Counted from the stretch's first letter, positions 1 through 11,786 are shown. The stretch: 64,000 nucleotides of DNA from Macrostomum hystrix (GCA_950097015.1 CATNEN010000007.1:5270001-5334000), one strand, 5' to 3'. Made by a program: numbers and translations. Notes: generated by a model not told the origin, from the letters alone.

Positions 1-217
1 TTAAGGATTTTTATAAAGGGAAGAGTTTTCTAATATATATTAATTCCATTCTTTGAAACTTCTCGTGTGGTCGACTATGATTCAGGACGATGATTTGACG
101 TTGATTCAGGAGAGACTTTGGGCTTCAGGCATGCTAGCTTCAGGAAAGTAGACATTCGGCTTCAAGGGAGGCATCGAGGGTCTCAGGTGTTGAGTCTAAA
201 CAAGCCACTAAAAATAA

Positions 218-591
218 GGGGTGAGTGGCAGAGCGGTTAACGCGTTTGCCTTTCGCACCAAGGTCCCTGACCTCGATTCCGCGGCGAGGCCGCATTCATT
301 TGGGGCGCAGCCGCGGAGAGAAGGCTTGGGGGCTTGTCGTACAATTTACGCCCTTGAGGGCCAACCTCCAAGGCACAGTGAATTGTACACTGCCTGACGA
401 TGAGAAAGTCAGTGCTGTACACCCACAGGATGTACACACCTGTGTGAGCGTATGCCTGCGTACAGTATTTGTGTGCGTGTGTGCTCCGGAGTCAGCGGAA
501 TGGGCAGAATTGCCTCCTCGCTGGCAGCGGGTCTGGTGTCACCAAATCATTTGCGATTGCCCGCAGCCCTCCTGCAATTCTAATTATTATT
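218..591 (+). mobile_element. tRNA-derived SINE, apparently full length
   Basis: tRNA-like head with A box TGGCAGAGCGG and B-box-like GACCTCGATTCC; (TTA)n-like tail; AAGCCACTA repeated at 202-210 and 592-600 (probable TSD); related copies at 33732-34010 and 47011-47061. Confidence 0.75.
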
Positions 592-1800
592 AAGCCACTA
601 TGATTCCACCGTAGGCAGAAGGAAGTTCAGGAAAACCAGTCCAAGCGAAGTGCACGGTGCTCACCTACGAGCGAATTCGAACCAAGGACCTTCGATTGTC
701 AGCTAAATTAAGATAGGAACTTCTTTCAGTCTCATTTGGAGGTCACGTGGTTCCCTGTGTATCGACATTCCGAAACGCGATCCGAAACGCTAGCACCGAG
801 TCTGCAGCGCACCCAATAATGATAATTAGAGCAGCACAAAGAGCAGCGAATCAACAAGCAACTCTGACGCAAATCATTAACTCCAGCTGCACGGCTCACT
901 GCCACCTCAGCAAATGGATTAAAGGCGCTCTGTTCCGCTGGCGGCCTGACAGGTGGGGGCGCTGACCCCCTCCCGCCCCTGTCCGCTACTCAATCGTCGA
1001 TTAGACCAAGCGGAACGGGCGACTTCCTCACGAGCCGAACCCCGTGGAGATCTCAACTTTGAAGATCCGACAGCCGAGTCGGTCTCAAAGGATTTATAGT
1101 GCGCGTACTTGTACCAGTAGAGCATTGCTGAGAGAAGCCCTTTGACGCAGCTCGAGCCTTGAATAGGCCAAGGACTCTGCTGGATCGCAAAGGATTAAAA
1201 GTCCTCAACAGGCGACACGACTTTGCCGCAGGCGCACAGCTCTTGGTCGTGCTTGGTTGCGGCTGGCTACAATTTTTCGCTACTCTACTGTATTTATAAT
1301 TGTTTACTAGCTGAAGGCTTCATTTTAAACTAGTTAGTTCTCCGCTTCAAGCATTGCAAGCAAACACATACAGGGCAGGGTAGTGAATGGAGTCATAAAA
1401 GTCCAGTAAGTTTAGTCTCTGATCTAATCCGGAAGCGGCAAGCTTCAAATAACACATAGATTCCAAAGAGCTGGGACTGCATTCAGTGAGCTGGTGTCGT
1501 AAAATTGCGCTTATAAGGAAACAAGAAAGGCGACTTTAAGAGGCCTGCTCTAGAATGTGCGAGGCTATACAATACACGTAAGTAGTTCTTTCGATTCTTG
1601 TTTGGTATTTCTGTTTTCAGCATTGTAACTGAAACGTAATGAATTCACGAATTATGAATACTTTTCAAATTGTCAATAGCCAACACTTCATGTATGCCTG
1701 AAATAGACGAGATCATCATCAGAAATCTTGTTGGATCCTAAGGATGCTTTTTAGGATCTTTAGAATATTTTAGCCCGTCTTGAAGCTGGAAGCGACGTTC

Positions 1801-2743
1801 AGCAATGTGTATACGTTCCTCAGCAATCTGTATACGATCTTCAGGAATCTGTATATGATCTTTGGGAATCTGTATACGATCTGCGGGAATCTGTATACGA
1901 TCTTCGGGAATCTGTATACGATCTTCGGGAATCTGTATACGATCTTCGGGAATCTGTATACGATCTTCGGGAATCTGTATACGATCTTCGGGAATCTGTA
2001 TACGATCTTCGGGAATCTGTATACGATCTTCGGGAATCTGTATACGATCTTCGGGAATCTGTATACGATCTTCGGGAATCTGTATACGATCTTCGGGAAT
2101 CTGTATATGATCTTCGGGAATCTGTATACGATCTTCGGGAATCTGTATACGACCTTCAGCAATCTGTATACGATCTTCAGCAATCTGTATACGATCTTCA
2201 GCAATCTGTATACGATCTTCGGGAATTTGTATATGATCTTCGGGAATCTGTATACGATCTTCGGGAATCTGTATACGACCTTCAGCAATCTGTATACGAT
2301 CTTCAGGAATCTGTATACGATCTTCGGGAATCTGTATACGATCTTCGGGAATCTGTATACGATCTTCGGGAATCTGTATACGATCTTCGGGAATCTGTAT
2401 ACGATCTTCGGGAATCTGTATACGATCTTCGGGAATCTGTATATGATCTTTGGGAATCTGTATACGATCTTCGGGAATCTGTATACGATCTTCGGGAATC
2501 TGTATACGATCTTCGGGAATCTGTATATGATCTTTGGGAATCTGTATACGATCTTCGGGAATCTGTATACGATCTTCGGGAATCTGTATACGATCTTCAG
2601 CAATCTGTATACGATCTTCGGGAATCTGTATACGATCTTCAGCAATCTGTATACGATCTTCGGGAATCTGTATACGATCTTCGGGAATCTGTATACGATC
2701 TTCGGGAATCTGTATACGATCTTCGGGAATCTGTATACGATCT
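1801..2743. repeat. 21-bp minisatellite (GGGAATCTGTATACGATCTTC)n, about 45 units, in KCNH intron 1
   Basis: Direct tandem periodicity; accounts for the repetitive ORFs 1738-2790. Confidence 0.97.
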
Positions 2744-2841
2744 ACAGGAATTGGACCTTTAGGAACACTCAACCTGCTGATAGTATGTAGCGGTGAAATC
2801 GGGTTGTGCTCAAGTCATAATTTGAAAACACGGCAACTCAC

Positions 2842-2917
2842 GAGTTCCATCGAATCGCGTGGCGATGGTGTCCAAGAAGGTGTTCTGCGGAGCCAGAAAG
2901 CCGCGCCTCTGTGGCAT
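2842..2917 (-). CDS. First coding exon of an Elk-subfamily (KCNH3/4/8-like) voltage-gated K+ channel; rest of gene presumably left of the window
   Basis: Manual translation [25 protein letters not shown] matches the KCNH N-terminal PAS-cap, and [10 protein letters not shown] is Elk-type; 76 coding nt followed by a GTGAGT donor (phase 1). Confidence 0.9.
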
Positions 2918-3479
2918 GGCTGACAGTTCACGCTAGTCCAACAACTGTTTCACTGCTGGACAGGTGAAAACGCCTTCTCAAGGGCCAGGCGGTCTCCCTT
3001 TGATGCTGAAGGAAGCAGCTTGTGGCGCTAAACTCGATCTGTCGCGGCTTGCCGGCCTCTTTAAAAAGCCGGCCTCTGTGCTGAGCGGCCAGGGGCTTTT
3101 GTGCTGGGGAGTTGGGACTTCGGGGAACTGGGATCTGAAGCGAGGGGATAGAGGGTGAGAAACTCCTAACTGGCTGTGCCTTGACGACAAATCCCGATTC
3201 ATGGCCCATTGGAACCGAGTGAAGTAAATAGTTTTATTATTTTCTAGTAAGCTTGTTTTTTTGTGACTAATTTACACGATCGAGCTTGACTACTTACTAG
3301 CACTCAAACAAGTAGCGATGATGGCATTTTATGCTAACTTTGCCGCTGTCTATTTAAAAACGAAAATCGAGCAAATTCACAAGCTGGTTTTCTTTCAGAG
3401 GACCGCAGATGGAATGCAGCTTTGGAAGGAATTCCAAAGCCCTCAAAACCTTTGGAAGCCCTCAAAATCTGCTCTCTTA

Positions 3480-3631
3480 CCTGTCTCATCCCTCCCCTGT
3501 CTCACCTCTCATCTCCCCCTGTCTCATCTCTCCCCTGTCTCACCTCTCCCCCGTCTCACCTCTCGCCCGTCTCATATATCCCCCGTCTCATCTCTCCCCC
3601 GTCTCATCTCTCCCCGACTCATCTCTCCCCT
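3480..3631. repeat. CT-rich minisatellite (TCTCATCTCTCCCCYG-like), left part, interrupted by LINE insertion
   Basis: Tandem units; the same repeat resumes at 9685-9816. Confidence 0.85.
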
Positions 3632-3858
3632 GCTCGCACCGGCGGGACACAGTGCCTGTGAGGTATGAGTCAGTCCAGGCCCACGGGCTTTGGTCTGCGA
3701 TGCCTCACACCTGCAGCCGTTTTTTGAGCAGGCCTGGCAGGAAGGAGACCTGTACCTTCGGGTGCAGGAATCCCTCCAACGCTGTCCCGTCAGCTGACCC
3801 ATGGGTACACGTCCCGCGAGTGTTCAAGGCTGACCCTAGGGCAGCCGGACAGAATGGG
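3632..3858 (+). ncRNA. HDV-like self-cleaving ribozyme at the retrotransposon 5' end
   Basis: P1 GCUCGC 3632-3637/GCGAGU 3816-3821 (G1.U wobble); P2 CCCAU 3798-3802/AUGGG 3854-3858; P3 GGG 3803-3805/CCC 3813-3815 with L3 UACACGU; P1.1 AC 3807-3808/GU 3822-3823; P4 GGCUG/CAGCC; J4/2 CAGA with candidate catalytic C3850. Confidence 0.8.
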
Positions 3859-4300
3859 CAACAGCGCTGGATGACCCATCCAGGGCCTCCGGCCAAACTG
3901 GGTACCTCTAGCCCCGGCTGGAGGGAAAGGTGTCACCCTTTGACCTTAACAGGGTATGTGGCTTGTCCGCAATTTTCGTGCACCTGTGCGTGATCAGGTA
4001 CCTCTGGCTACGGCCCTGAGGGACAGGTGTCACCCTTTGACCTTAACAGGGTTTGCGGCCAGCCCGCAGGCCTCGGCGCCGGCTCAATGGCACCCTCCAA
4101 TGTCCCAGTGTTGACCGTGCTGATGGACGCTTGGCCAGGGAGTAGTCTGGTCTCTTACGGTTCCTCCCGGTGGTCCTGGCATCCCACCCCGGGTTGTAAC
4201 TTGTCTTTTTTGACTGCCCCCGCTCAGTTTTGGGATCGCGGCTGAGCGGGTTATTCCTGCCTGTGTCTACAGGAAGCCCCTCTCTTCATTGCAGCTTTCA

Positions 4301-5848
4301 ATGGCTTCTAGCCCTTCAACTGCTCCGGCCGAGGACACCATGGTGCCTGAGGCCATACACGCTGCGGCGCCCGGGCTAGCTGGCCCCGCGACCGCCACAA
4401 ATGCCGCGCTGCCCAACTCGCGCGATGACCGGGGCGCTAAGCGCTCCACCACCTCTGGAGCGGCAAAACGCCGTAGGCGCATGCTGGCCCACGGCACGTC
4501 GGCTCCATTGACCAAGGACCAGGCCCAGGCCAGAGGGGCCGAAGGGGCTCTGCCTAGGGCGGGGGCTGGGGCGGGGGGCCTTGTGCCTCCTGCCCAGGCT
4601 CCTGCACGGGGCGGAGCCCACGACGCCCCGAGGCCAGGGTCGCGGGCCAAGGAGGGCCCGGCGCCCATCCGGACGGCTGCCCGGCCCGAAGGAGAAGCGG
4701 AGGCGGAGGGCCCTGTGCCCACCGCCGACGCAGATCCCGAGGGTGGGGACGCCACCGGACAGGGCCCGGGACCACAAGCTACCTACGCCGCCATCGCACG
4801 TAGGCAACCTGCCGTCATCATCACCGGCAGAGACGGGAAAAGGCTGAGCAGCGAACAGCTCAGCGACATTTGCCGCAACATAGATGCTATGTTGTGGCAA
4901 CTTCAACTGAAGGGCGAGCCCCTGGCGGTCGGCGCAAGCGCTACCAGGGAATCGTGCTTCGTCGTCTGGCCCGGCGATGCGGAATCGGGGCGGCGGCTCC
5001 TCGAGTTGCTGCCCACGCAGAGCTGGGCGGCTGGCCTCGAGTTCCTACGGGAGAACGAGCCACCAAAGACCAAGCGACACCGTATCTTCGTCCCGGCGAA
5101 AAGTGTCGTCACCAGCGCTGAGGACCTCCGCAGGGGCCTCATCGCGATGAACCGGGAGCTGCCGACAGCGGGCCTGATCGTGCACCGCACGATCCTGCGC
5201 CCCGACGGCACCGGTTTCACCGCCATTCTGGGCCTGTCCGAGCAATGGACACGCCGCTACCCAGATGGCGCCAACATTTGCATTGGTCTGTGGAAGACCA
5301 AAATCTTCGCCTTCGAGGCGGATAAAACCCGAGGTCAGACCGGGCCCACCACCGTACCGGCCAATGAAGGGTCCTCGGACCCCAAGGCTGGGACTGGGGG
5401 CAGGGCCCAGTCGTCCCGCCAAAAAAGGCCAGAGCGTGCCATCGCTGGCAGCTCTGAGCGTCGCCCCGCGCGTGTCACAAAGCGCCGGGGCCTTCTCCAG
5501 CGGGCCTCCGAGGTGGTGCGAACCGCCAAGATGGCCCAGCTGCGCGCTGAGATGCGCGGTGGCCCACCGGGGCAGGCGCCGCAACCAAGGGCTACGGGGG
5601 AGGCCTCAGAGGTGCCCAGCTCCATCGAGCAGGGCCCTTCGAGCGCCCCTCCCACGGCCCAGGGAGCGGTGTCGGCTCCAGTTGAGGGCGACTCTGGGCC
5701 TGGGCTCGGGGCCGGGGGCGGGGACTGGGCGGCTGACGCCGTCGAGTTCCCGTCTCCGGCTCGGGGCCTGAGCACGGAGGAGCCCATGGCTACCGACATC
5801 GACCCGGAGGAGGAGGACCGCCTTCTGGCTGGGTCCCCCTCCAAGTAG
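4301..5848 (+). CDS. Retrotransposon ORF1 (gag-like nucleic acid chaperone)
   Basis: Long open ORF (first ATG 4301) upstream of the pol ORF; low-complexity termini with an ordered central domain. Confidence 0.85.
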   Translation: MASSPSTAPAEDTMVPEAIHAAAPGLAGPATATNAALPNSRDDRGAKRSTTSGAAKRRRRMLAHGTSAPLTKDQAQARGAEGALPRAGAGAGGLVPPAQAPARGGAHDAPRPGSRAKEGPAPIRTAARPEGEAEAEGPVPTADADPEGGDATGQGPGPQATYAAIARRQPAVIITGRDGKRLSSEQLSDICRNIDAMLWQLQLKGEPLAVGASATRESCFVVWPGDAESGRRLLELLPTQSWAAGLEFLRENEPPKTKRHRIFVPAKSVVTSAEDLRRGLIAMNRELPTAGLIVHRTILRPDGTGFTAILGLSEQWTRRYPDGANICIGLWKTKIFAFEADKTRGQTGPTTVPANEGSSDPKAGTGGRAQSSRQKRPERAIAGSSERRPARVTKRRGLLQRASEVVRTAKMAQLRAEMRGGPPGQAPQPRATGEASEVPSSIEQGPSSAPPTAQGAVSAPVEGDSGPGLGAGGGDWAADAVEFPSPARGLSTEEPMATDIDPEEEDRLLAGSPSK

Positions 5849-5860
5849 ACCTCTGCCTGC

Positions 5861-8800
5861 ATGATGATCCCCGGAATATCATGTCTGCAAGTTAACACCC
5901 AGCACTGCGTGGCAGCATCAGTCAATCTGATGCGCACGACAGAGCGCATGATGCCGGGCCTTGTACTTGTGCAGGAGCCCTGGCTATCAAAGAACAAGCC
6001 AAGCAACATTCCTGCTGGCTATGACTGCTTCTGCATGGCAGACTCTGTCCGCCCTAGATCACTGATCTATGCCGCAAAAGCCTTAAATGCGTGGATGAGA
6101 CCCGATCTCTCTAACGGGGACATCTGCGTCATCCAATCTGCACACATTGTGCCTAACAAGTTGACCCTCGTGGCATCCGCCTACCTGGCAGGCGACGCCC
6201 CCGTGGTTAGCGATACCCTCGTCGCCCTCTGTGAATTCGCCAGGGCACGAAACTTCGAGCTGCTCCTCGCGGGAGATGTAAACTCGCATCACACCCACTG
6301 GGGTAGCTCAAAAATCAATGACCGCGGCGAAGAGCTCCTGGCCTTCGTCAGCGGCACGCCTCTAAACTTCTGCAATGTGGGCAACACGCCCACTTTCGAC
6401 AATGGGCGGTGGGCTGAGGTGCTTGACGTCACCCTGGCCTCACCCGGCATCCTCCCAAGGATGCTGGGGTGGGAGGTGTGGGAGACCGAAAGCTCGCTCT
6501 CGGACCACCGTTTCATCCGTTTCAACATCGGCACCCCCGATAAGAAGCAAAAGCCTATTTGGAGGCGTAATGTCAGAAATACCGACTGGCCCGCGTTCAG
6601 CCAAAAGCTGCATGAGGGCCTTCGGGATTCTGACCCCTCCATGGCCATGGAAACCACGCAGGACCTGGATGGAGTGGCTGCCCTGCTGGGCGGCGCCATC
6701 ACAGAGGCCTACGAAATGGCTTGCCCGCTCAAAGCCTACAAAGGCAAAAAATCGGCCCCCTGGTGGAACCCCGAGCTCGGAGTCCTAAGACGCCGAGCTA
6801 AGGCTCTCCAGAGGAAGCTGAAAACCTCGCACGACCCTGATGACAAAGAGGCCTATACTCGCGCCATCCATGAGTTTAAGGGCCGGGTCAGAAGGGCAAA
6901 AGCGGACAAGTGGCGACAATACTGCGAAGGGCTTGAGGGCTCGCGGCCCACGGCCCGCGTGGTAAAGGCGCTCACCAACGACCGCTTCTCCAAGCTCTCA
7001 TCGATTAAAAAGCCGGACGGCTCGATCACTGAGCGCCCGGAGGAAACGCTCGAGCTTATGCTAGGGCATTTCTTCCCGAGTGTACCGGCGCACTTCGGCC
7101 CAGACGACCACTCGCGTGGAGGTCAGGGCCTGGCTCAGTCACTCGTTACGAATGACCGCATCGTTCGCGCGGCTAAGTCATTCAATCCTTTTAAAGCACC
7201 TGGGCCAGATGGTATATATCCGGCCTTTCTGCATGAAGCGGTTAAAAATGGCCGCTTCCTCCATCTCCTCTGCAGACTTCTACGGGCCTGCATCGTGCTG
7301 GGCTACGTACCAGCGCGGTGGCATGAAGCCCGGGTCGTCTTCATCCCGAAGCCCGCCAAAGGCGACTATCGCTCGGTCAAGTCTTATCGCCCGATAAGCT
7401 TGACTTCCACCTGCCTCAAGCTCATGGAAAGACTGGTGCTCTGGCGCCTTCTTACTGTAGAGCTAGGGCGGGCCCCGCTCTCCCCAAACCAGCACGCCTT
7501 TCGGGCGGGCCGGTCCACGGAGAGCGCCCTCCACTGCATTGTGGAGACTCTCGAGAAGGCAGTGCTGGGCAGCGGTTTTGCCCTGGCTGTTTTCCTTGAT
7601 ATTGAGGGGGCCTTCGATAACGTTATTTTCGAAGCCTTTGAGAAGGCCCTGGTTTCCAGGGCCACTCACCCCCACCTCGTCCGTTGGGTCATGTACATGA
7701 TCCGGAATCGCCACGTGGTGGCCCACCTCGAAGGCAGAGTGCTCTCGGCACCTGTCCTAAAAGGAGGGCCCCAAGGTGGCGTCCTCACCCCACTGCTGTG
7801 GAATCTCGTCATGGATGAGCTGCTAAAAAGCACTCGGCCTGACCCAGTCCTGAAGGTGGGATATGCCGACGATGTGACCGCCATCTGCGCGGGCCCCTCG
7901 GCGGAAACCACCAGGGACCTCATTCAGGGCTTTATCAACAGGGCGGTGCGCTGGGCGGACCAATGCGGGCTCCGACTCTCTGAGTCCAAGACCGTTGCGG
8001 TTATGTTTACCAGCAGGCTGCGCTGGACCATTGAGCCTCTGACTCTCTATGGCAAGAATATTGCCATGGAAAAGCAGGTCCGGTGCCTTGGTATCCTGCT
8101 AGACCATAGGCTTAACTGGACCCCGCACATTACCACAAAGGCCAAGAGGGCCCTGGCCATTCTGGCGCAAGTCAGGCGAGCCGTGGGCACCACTTGGGGG
8201 CTTACCCCCAAAAACCTTTGGTGGATTTACACGGCGATCATTAGACCGTCAGTCGCTTACGCTGGCCTCATCTGGGCCAGTGCCATGAGCATCCAGAAAA
8301 ACCTGGAGGCGCTTTATAGGGTGCAGGGCAGAGCCTGTCGCATGACGCTGGGCGCCCCACCCTCCACTCCCTTTGAAGGCATGAACGCTTTCCTCAACGC
8401 TACACCCATTGACATTTTTGTTAAGGGGGAAGCGGCAAAGTCCACCCGTCGTCTCCTTGATGCGGGTGTATCCTTCCAGAATTCGCGAGCCTTCTCGAAG
8501 CGCTCCCTTCTGCCCCACTCTGACCTCTGCCTGAAAACTCTGGGCGAGTGCGTAGGGCTCACCATCCTTTCGGACGGGGCCCCGGCCACTTTACTCCGGA
8601 GCCACAGGTACAAAGTCAGCATCTTCCCTCGTAATGAGGTAAAGGACTGCTGGGATGACCCCGCAGTCCACTGTTACACTGACGGCTCCCTGATGAACGG
8701 TAAATCGGGATTCGGGGTGTGCGTCGCCTCGGGTGGCGAGGTCCTCTGGACCCACTCCCAACACTGTGGCAAGAGCTCAAGCGTTTTCCAAAACGAAATG

Positions 8801-9565
8801 CTCGCCATCAGTTTCTGTGCGGCTGAGCTGCGCCAGAGGCAGCTGGCTGGTCGGAGGATCTTTTTTCACTCCGACAGTCAAGCAGCCCTCAAGGCCCTCA
8901 GTCGCTGCACCTCTCGCTCCAGAACCACCTTGGACTGCAACACCCAGTTAAACGGTTTGGCGCAGTCTAACAAGGTGGAGCTGATGTGGATCCCTGGGCA
9001 CGCCGGGCTCACAGGGAATGAGATGGCGGACGAGCTTGCAAAGGCTGGAGCAGCCAGCTCCCTGATGGGCCCGGGCCCGGAATCCCCGATCCCCGCCTCC
9101 GTTGTCAACTCCAGCATCAACCACTGGATGGAGACCCAGCACCGGAGGAGGTGGTCCAGCACCCTGAACTGTCGCCAGTCCAGGGCTGCGGTGCCAACCC
9201 CCTCTAGTAACCTGCGTAAGGCCTTACTCAGGCTAAACCGCAGAGACCTGAGAGCAGTCACCATGGCCCTTTCGGGACATGGCTGCTTCACCAGACACCG
9301 CTACCTCCAAGGCCACGTGCCTGAGGAAACGTGTCCTTTCTGCTGCTCCGGCCGTGAAAACGCCGAGCATTTCATTTGCCACTGCCCGGCCTTCACCCGG
9401 GCTAGGCTAAAACACCTCGGGCCGACACCGACTCTTGCCGAAGCCTGCTCGCCCGAGAACATCCCTCAGCTCGCCCACTTCCTCCGGGATACCGGCCGAG
9501 CTGATTTCTTCCCAGCCTATGGCGAGGAAGATCGCGCGGCGGAACCGACCGACGGACCACCCTGA
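5861..9565 (+). CDS. Retrotransposon ORF2: AP endonuclease, reverse transcriptase, RNase H, C-terminal Cys/His motif
   Basis: APE motifs [19 protein letters not shown]; RT motifs [35 protein letters not shown]; RNase H motifs YTDGS, SDSQ, WIPGH, NEMAD; CPFC...H...C. Confidence 0.97.
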   Translation: MMIPGISCLQVNTQHCVAASVNLMRTTERMMPGLVLVQEPWLSKNKPSNIPAGYDCFCMADSVRPRSLIYAAKALNAWMRPDLSNGDICVIQSAHIVPNKLTLVASAYLAGDAPVVSDTLVALCEFARARNFELLLAGDVNSHHTHWGSSKINDRGEELLAFVSGTPLNFCNVGNTPTFDNGRWAEVLDVTLASPGILPRMLGWEVWETESSLSDHRFIRFNIGTPDKKQKPIWRRNVRNTDWPAFSQKLHEGLRDSDPSMAMETTQDLDGVAALLGGAITEAYEMACPLKAYKGKKSAPWWNPELGVLRRRAKALQRKLKTSHDPDDKEAYTRAIHEFKGRVRRAKADKWRQYCEGLEGSRPTARVVKALTNDRFSKLSSIKKPDGSITERPEETLELMLGHFFPSVPAHFGPDDHSRGGQGLAQSLVTNDRIVRAAKSFNPFKAPGPDGIYPAFLHEAVKNGRFLHLLCRLLRACIVLGYVPARWHEARVVFIPKPAKGDYRSVKSYRPISLTSTCLKLMERLVLWRLLTVELGRAPLSPNQHAFRAGRSTESALHCIVETLEKAVLGSGFALAVFLDIEGAFDNVIFEAFEKALVSRATHPHLVRWVMYMIRNRHVVAHLEGRVLSAPVLKGGPQGGVLTPLLWNLVMDELLKSTRPDPVLKVGYADDVTAICAGPSAETTRDLIQGFINRAVRWADQCGLRLSESKTVAVMFTSRLRWTIEPLTLYGKNIAMEKQVRCLGILLDHRLNWTPHITTKAKRALAILAQVRRAVGTTWGLTPKNLWWIYTAIIRPSVAYAGLIWASAMSIQKNLEALYRVQGRACRMTLGAPPSTPFEGMNAFLNATPIDIFVKGEAAKSTRRLLDAGVSFQNSRAFSKRSLLPHSDLCLKTLGECVGLTILSDGAPATLLRSHRYKVSIFPRNEVKDCWDDPAVHCYTDGSLMNGKSGFGVCVASGGEVLWTHSQHCGKSSSVFQNEMLAISFCAAELRQRQLAGRRIFFHSDSQAALKALSRCTSRSRTTLDCNTQLNGLAQSNKVELMWIPGHAGLTGNEMADELAKAGAASSLMGPGPESPIPASVVNSSINHWMETQHRRRWSSTLNCRQSRAAVPTPSSNLRKALLRLNRRDLRAVTMALSGHGCFTRHRYLQGHVPEETCPFCCSGRENAEHFICHCPAFTRARLKHLGPTPTLAEACSPENIPQLAHFLRDTGRADFFPAYGEEDRAAEPTDGPP

Positions 9566-9684
9566 GCGGCACCGCCTCGCTGGAGGCCGTCTGGCTGCCA
9601 GGGGTTAGCGATATGGGCGGCAACAGCCGCCTCCTCGCTGCGTCCGTCATGGAGGCCCCCTGCCGCTAAGTCAAGTAAGTCAAG

Positions 9685-9816
9685 TCATCTCTCCCCTATC
9701 TCATCTCTCCTCTGCCTTGTCTCTCCCCCGTCTCATCTCTCCCCCGACTCATCTCCCCGTCTCATCTCCCCGTCTCATCTCCCCGTCTCATCTCCCCCTG
9801 TCTCATCTCTCCCCTG
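9685..9816. repeat. CT-rich minisatellite, right part
   Basis: Same unit as 3480-3631. Confidence 0.85.
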
Positions 9817-10893
9817 TATTAACTTTCTTCTGACTCTGCTTTTATCTGCCTCATAACTCTACTGTCTCTCACCACTCCATCTCCCGCTTGTCCACTCACG
9901 AAGGAGGCAGTGCCCACATGGTCAATTTTCTGGCGTTGGTATTTCCTACTTTATTTAAGCTAATATTAATTTAATTAAATGGAAATTCAATAAATTATAT
10001 TTAAACTTAAAACAAATTTAAACACACGCCAGTAAGTTCTTCAAGTCCATGACCTGAACCCTGAAACCTGTCTAATCCTTGGCAATACGATCTTCCCCGA
10101 AACTGTTTATGCATTTTGTGTATGCAATCGCTCTGCATGTTGCTGCTTGCCCTAGCCACAAAAAATATCATATGATTTCAAGGTGAAAGTCCCCACTAGA
10201 AATTCCTATTTCTAAATTATATAAATATAAGGCCCTTTGAAACTCGAGAATTTATTAATCCAACCAGTAAGGTTAGCTAGATTGTTTGGTTAGCTGAAAT
10301 ATTTCGACTTCAATGCCTAGATACTAGTAAATATATCTAGCATTTAAGCCAGGGGGCAACAGAAGGTTCACTTGTGCTGTTGGGTAATAGGTTGATTCCT
10401 GAGATTTAGCAAGCCTTCTGTATCTATCTGTATTGCTGTTGATCAGAATTTCGATCGCTTATCAAGACAAACAAGGGCCAGCCGGCCTGGATAATATTGC
10501 CAGCACTGTGCGTTACTAACAACCTTTGTGTGCCCCCAACATTTGCCTTCTCTTTGTTTTACCGCGGTGTTGGTTGGCCCAGGCCGATTGAGTTTGGCCT
10601 GAAACCCTTCCTGCGTGCCGGGGGTTGGGGCTATTGCGTGTACAGGGCCGCACTGTACATTGGCTTCCACCCTACCCGGTCCTCAATTTGCGATGAAAAG
10701 AGACACATGCACGCAAGGAATGTACACTGGTTCGTTGGAAATGAGCGCCTAATATGCGTCAGCCCTTAAATTTTCATTCCATCGGACCTCCGACAGCCCA
10801 AACTGGTTTTATAAAATAATAAAGCGGCTCCTTAATCACAGTCAAGAGAAGGGACTTGTGAAGCCAGGTTTAAAATAGAAGAACAGGAAGATC

Positions 10894-11786
10894 ATGACTT
10901 GTCAACTGCTCACGACATTCTTGCTGCTCGGCAGTCTCTTGGCCCTAGCTGCCACGTCATCTGTTCTCCGCTTCAACAGCAACCCAAGCAGCCGATGCAA
11001 CCAGTCGCCGTCTGTCTGGTGCGGCTCTGCTGACGTGGCCGAAGCCTGCGGAGTTGCCAGCCAATGCCGGGGAGATAAGCGAGTCCAGAGGGCGGCTGAC
11101 CCGGTGGAGGTGACCCTCTACATGGAGTCGCTGTGCCCCGACTGCAAGAGCTTCTTCAAGAATCAGTTCTACCCCACCTGGCTCAAGCTGAACGCCTCCG
11201 GCATCATGATTGTCGACGTAGTGCCCTTCGGCAACGCCAAGGAGACCATCAAGGGCCACCGTTGGTTATTCGAGTGCCAGCACGGACCTGCCGAGTGCGA
11301 GGGCAACCAGATTGAGACCTGCGCAGTCGGCCTACTCAACGACCAGCCGGACCGGTGGATGGCCTACCTGTCCTGCGTGGAGGACCGCTCCACCGCCGAC
11401 AACATGCTGCAGGTGGCCCAGCAGTGCGCCGGGGCGCTGAACATCAGCTTCGAACACATCAACACCTGCTCTCACAACGAGTGGGGTGACAAGCTGGAGC
11501 ACTGGATGGCGGAGAGGACCCAGACCCTCAACCCGCCGCTCACCTACGTGCCCTGGGTCACCATCAACGGGGTGAGTAGCTCACTTGATGTAGACTCATA
11601 GACTGGTACACTGGTACAAACTGGTATAGAAATGTACAATAATTTCCTTAATTATGAACCGAACAGGTGCACAATGAGGACATCCAGAAACAGGCCGAGT
11701 CCAACCTCTTGCAGCTGGTGTGTTCCACCTACAAGGGCGCCAAACCGAGCGTCTGCAACCAGGCCGCCTCGCGCTGCTACAAATGA
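10894..11786 (+). CDS. IFI30: Gamma-interferon-inducible lysosomal thiol reductase (GILT); exons 10894-11571 and 11667-11786
   Basis: Signal peptide, SapA-like Cys motif, ESLCPDC active-site CXXC, signature CQHGPAECEGNQIETC, YVPWVTING; phase-0 GT-AG intron; exon 2 VHNEDIQ...VCSTYKG...C. Confidence 0.93.

Larger units (their letters stand above)
3632..9684 (+). mobile_element. Full-length, apparently intact non-LTR retrotransposon (APE-RT-RNase H; LOA-like)
   Basis: Two intact ORFs; 13-bp TSD TCATCTCTCCCCT at 3619-3631 and 9685-9697; short TAAG/TCAAG repeat tail. Confidence 0.95.

Noticed and set aside
394-412. CTGACGA...GAAA resembling a hammerhead core in the SINE
   Set aside because: Only 3 nt between the two core halves, and no convincing stems I/III or NUH site
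505-582. GCCTCCTCGCTGGC in the SINE is identical to the HDV genomic P3/L3
   Set aside because: No matching P1, P1.1 or CNRA junction could be built, and the motif is not conserved in the second copy
1738-2790. Repetitive ORFs (IQIPEDR etc.), and likewise those over 12.4-13.1, 15.4-17.1, 42.2-42.9 and 55-62 kb
   Set aside because: By-products of minisatellite periodicity, open in several frames or strands and lying in introns or intergenic DNA
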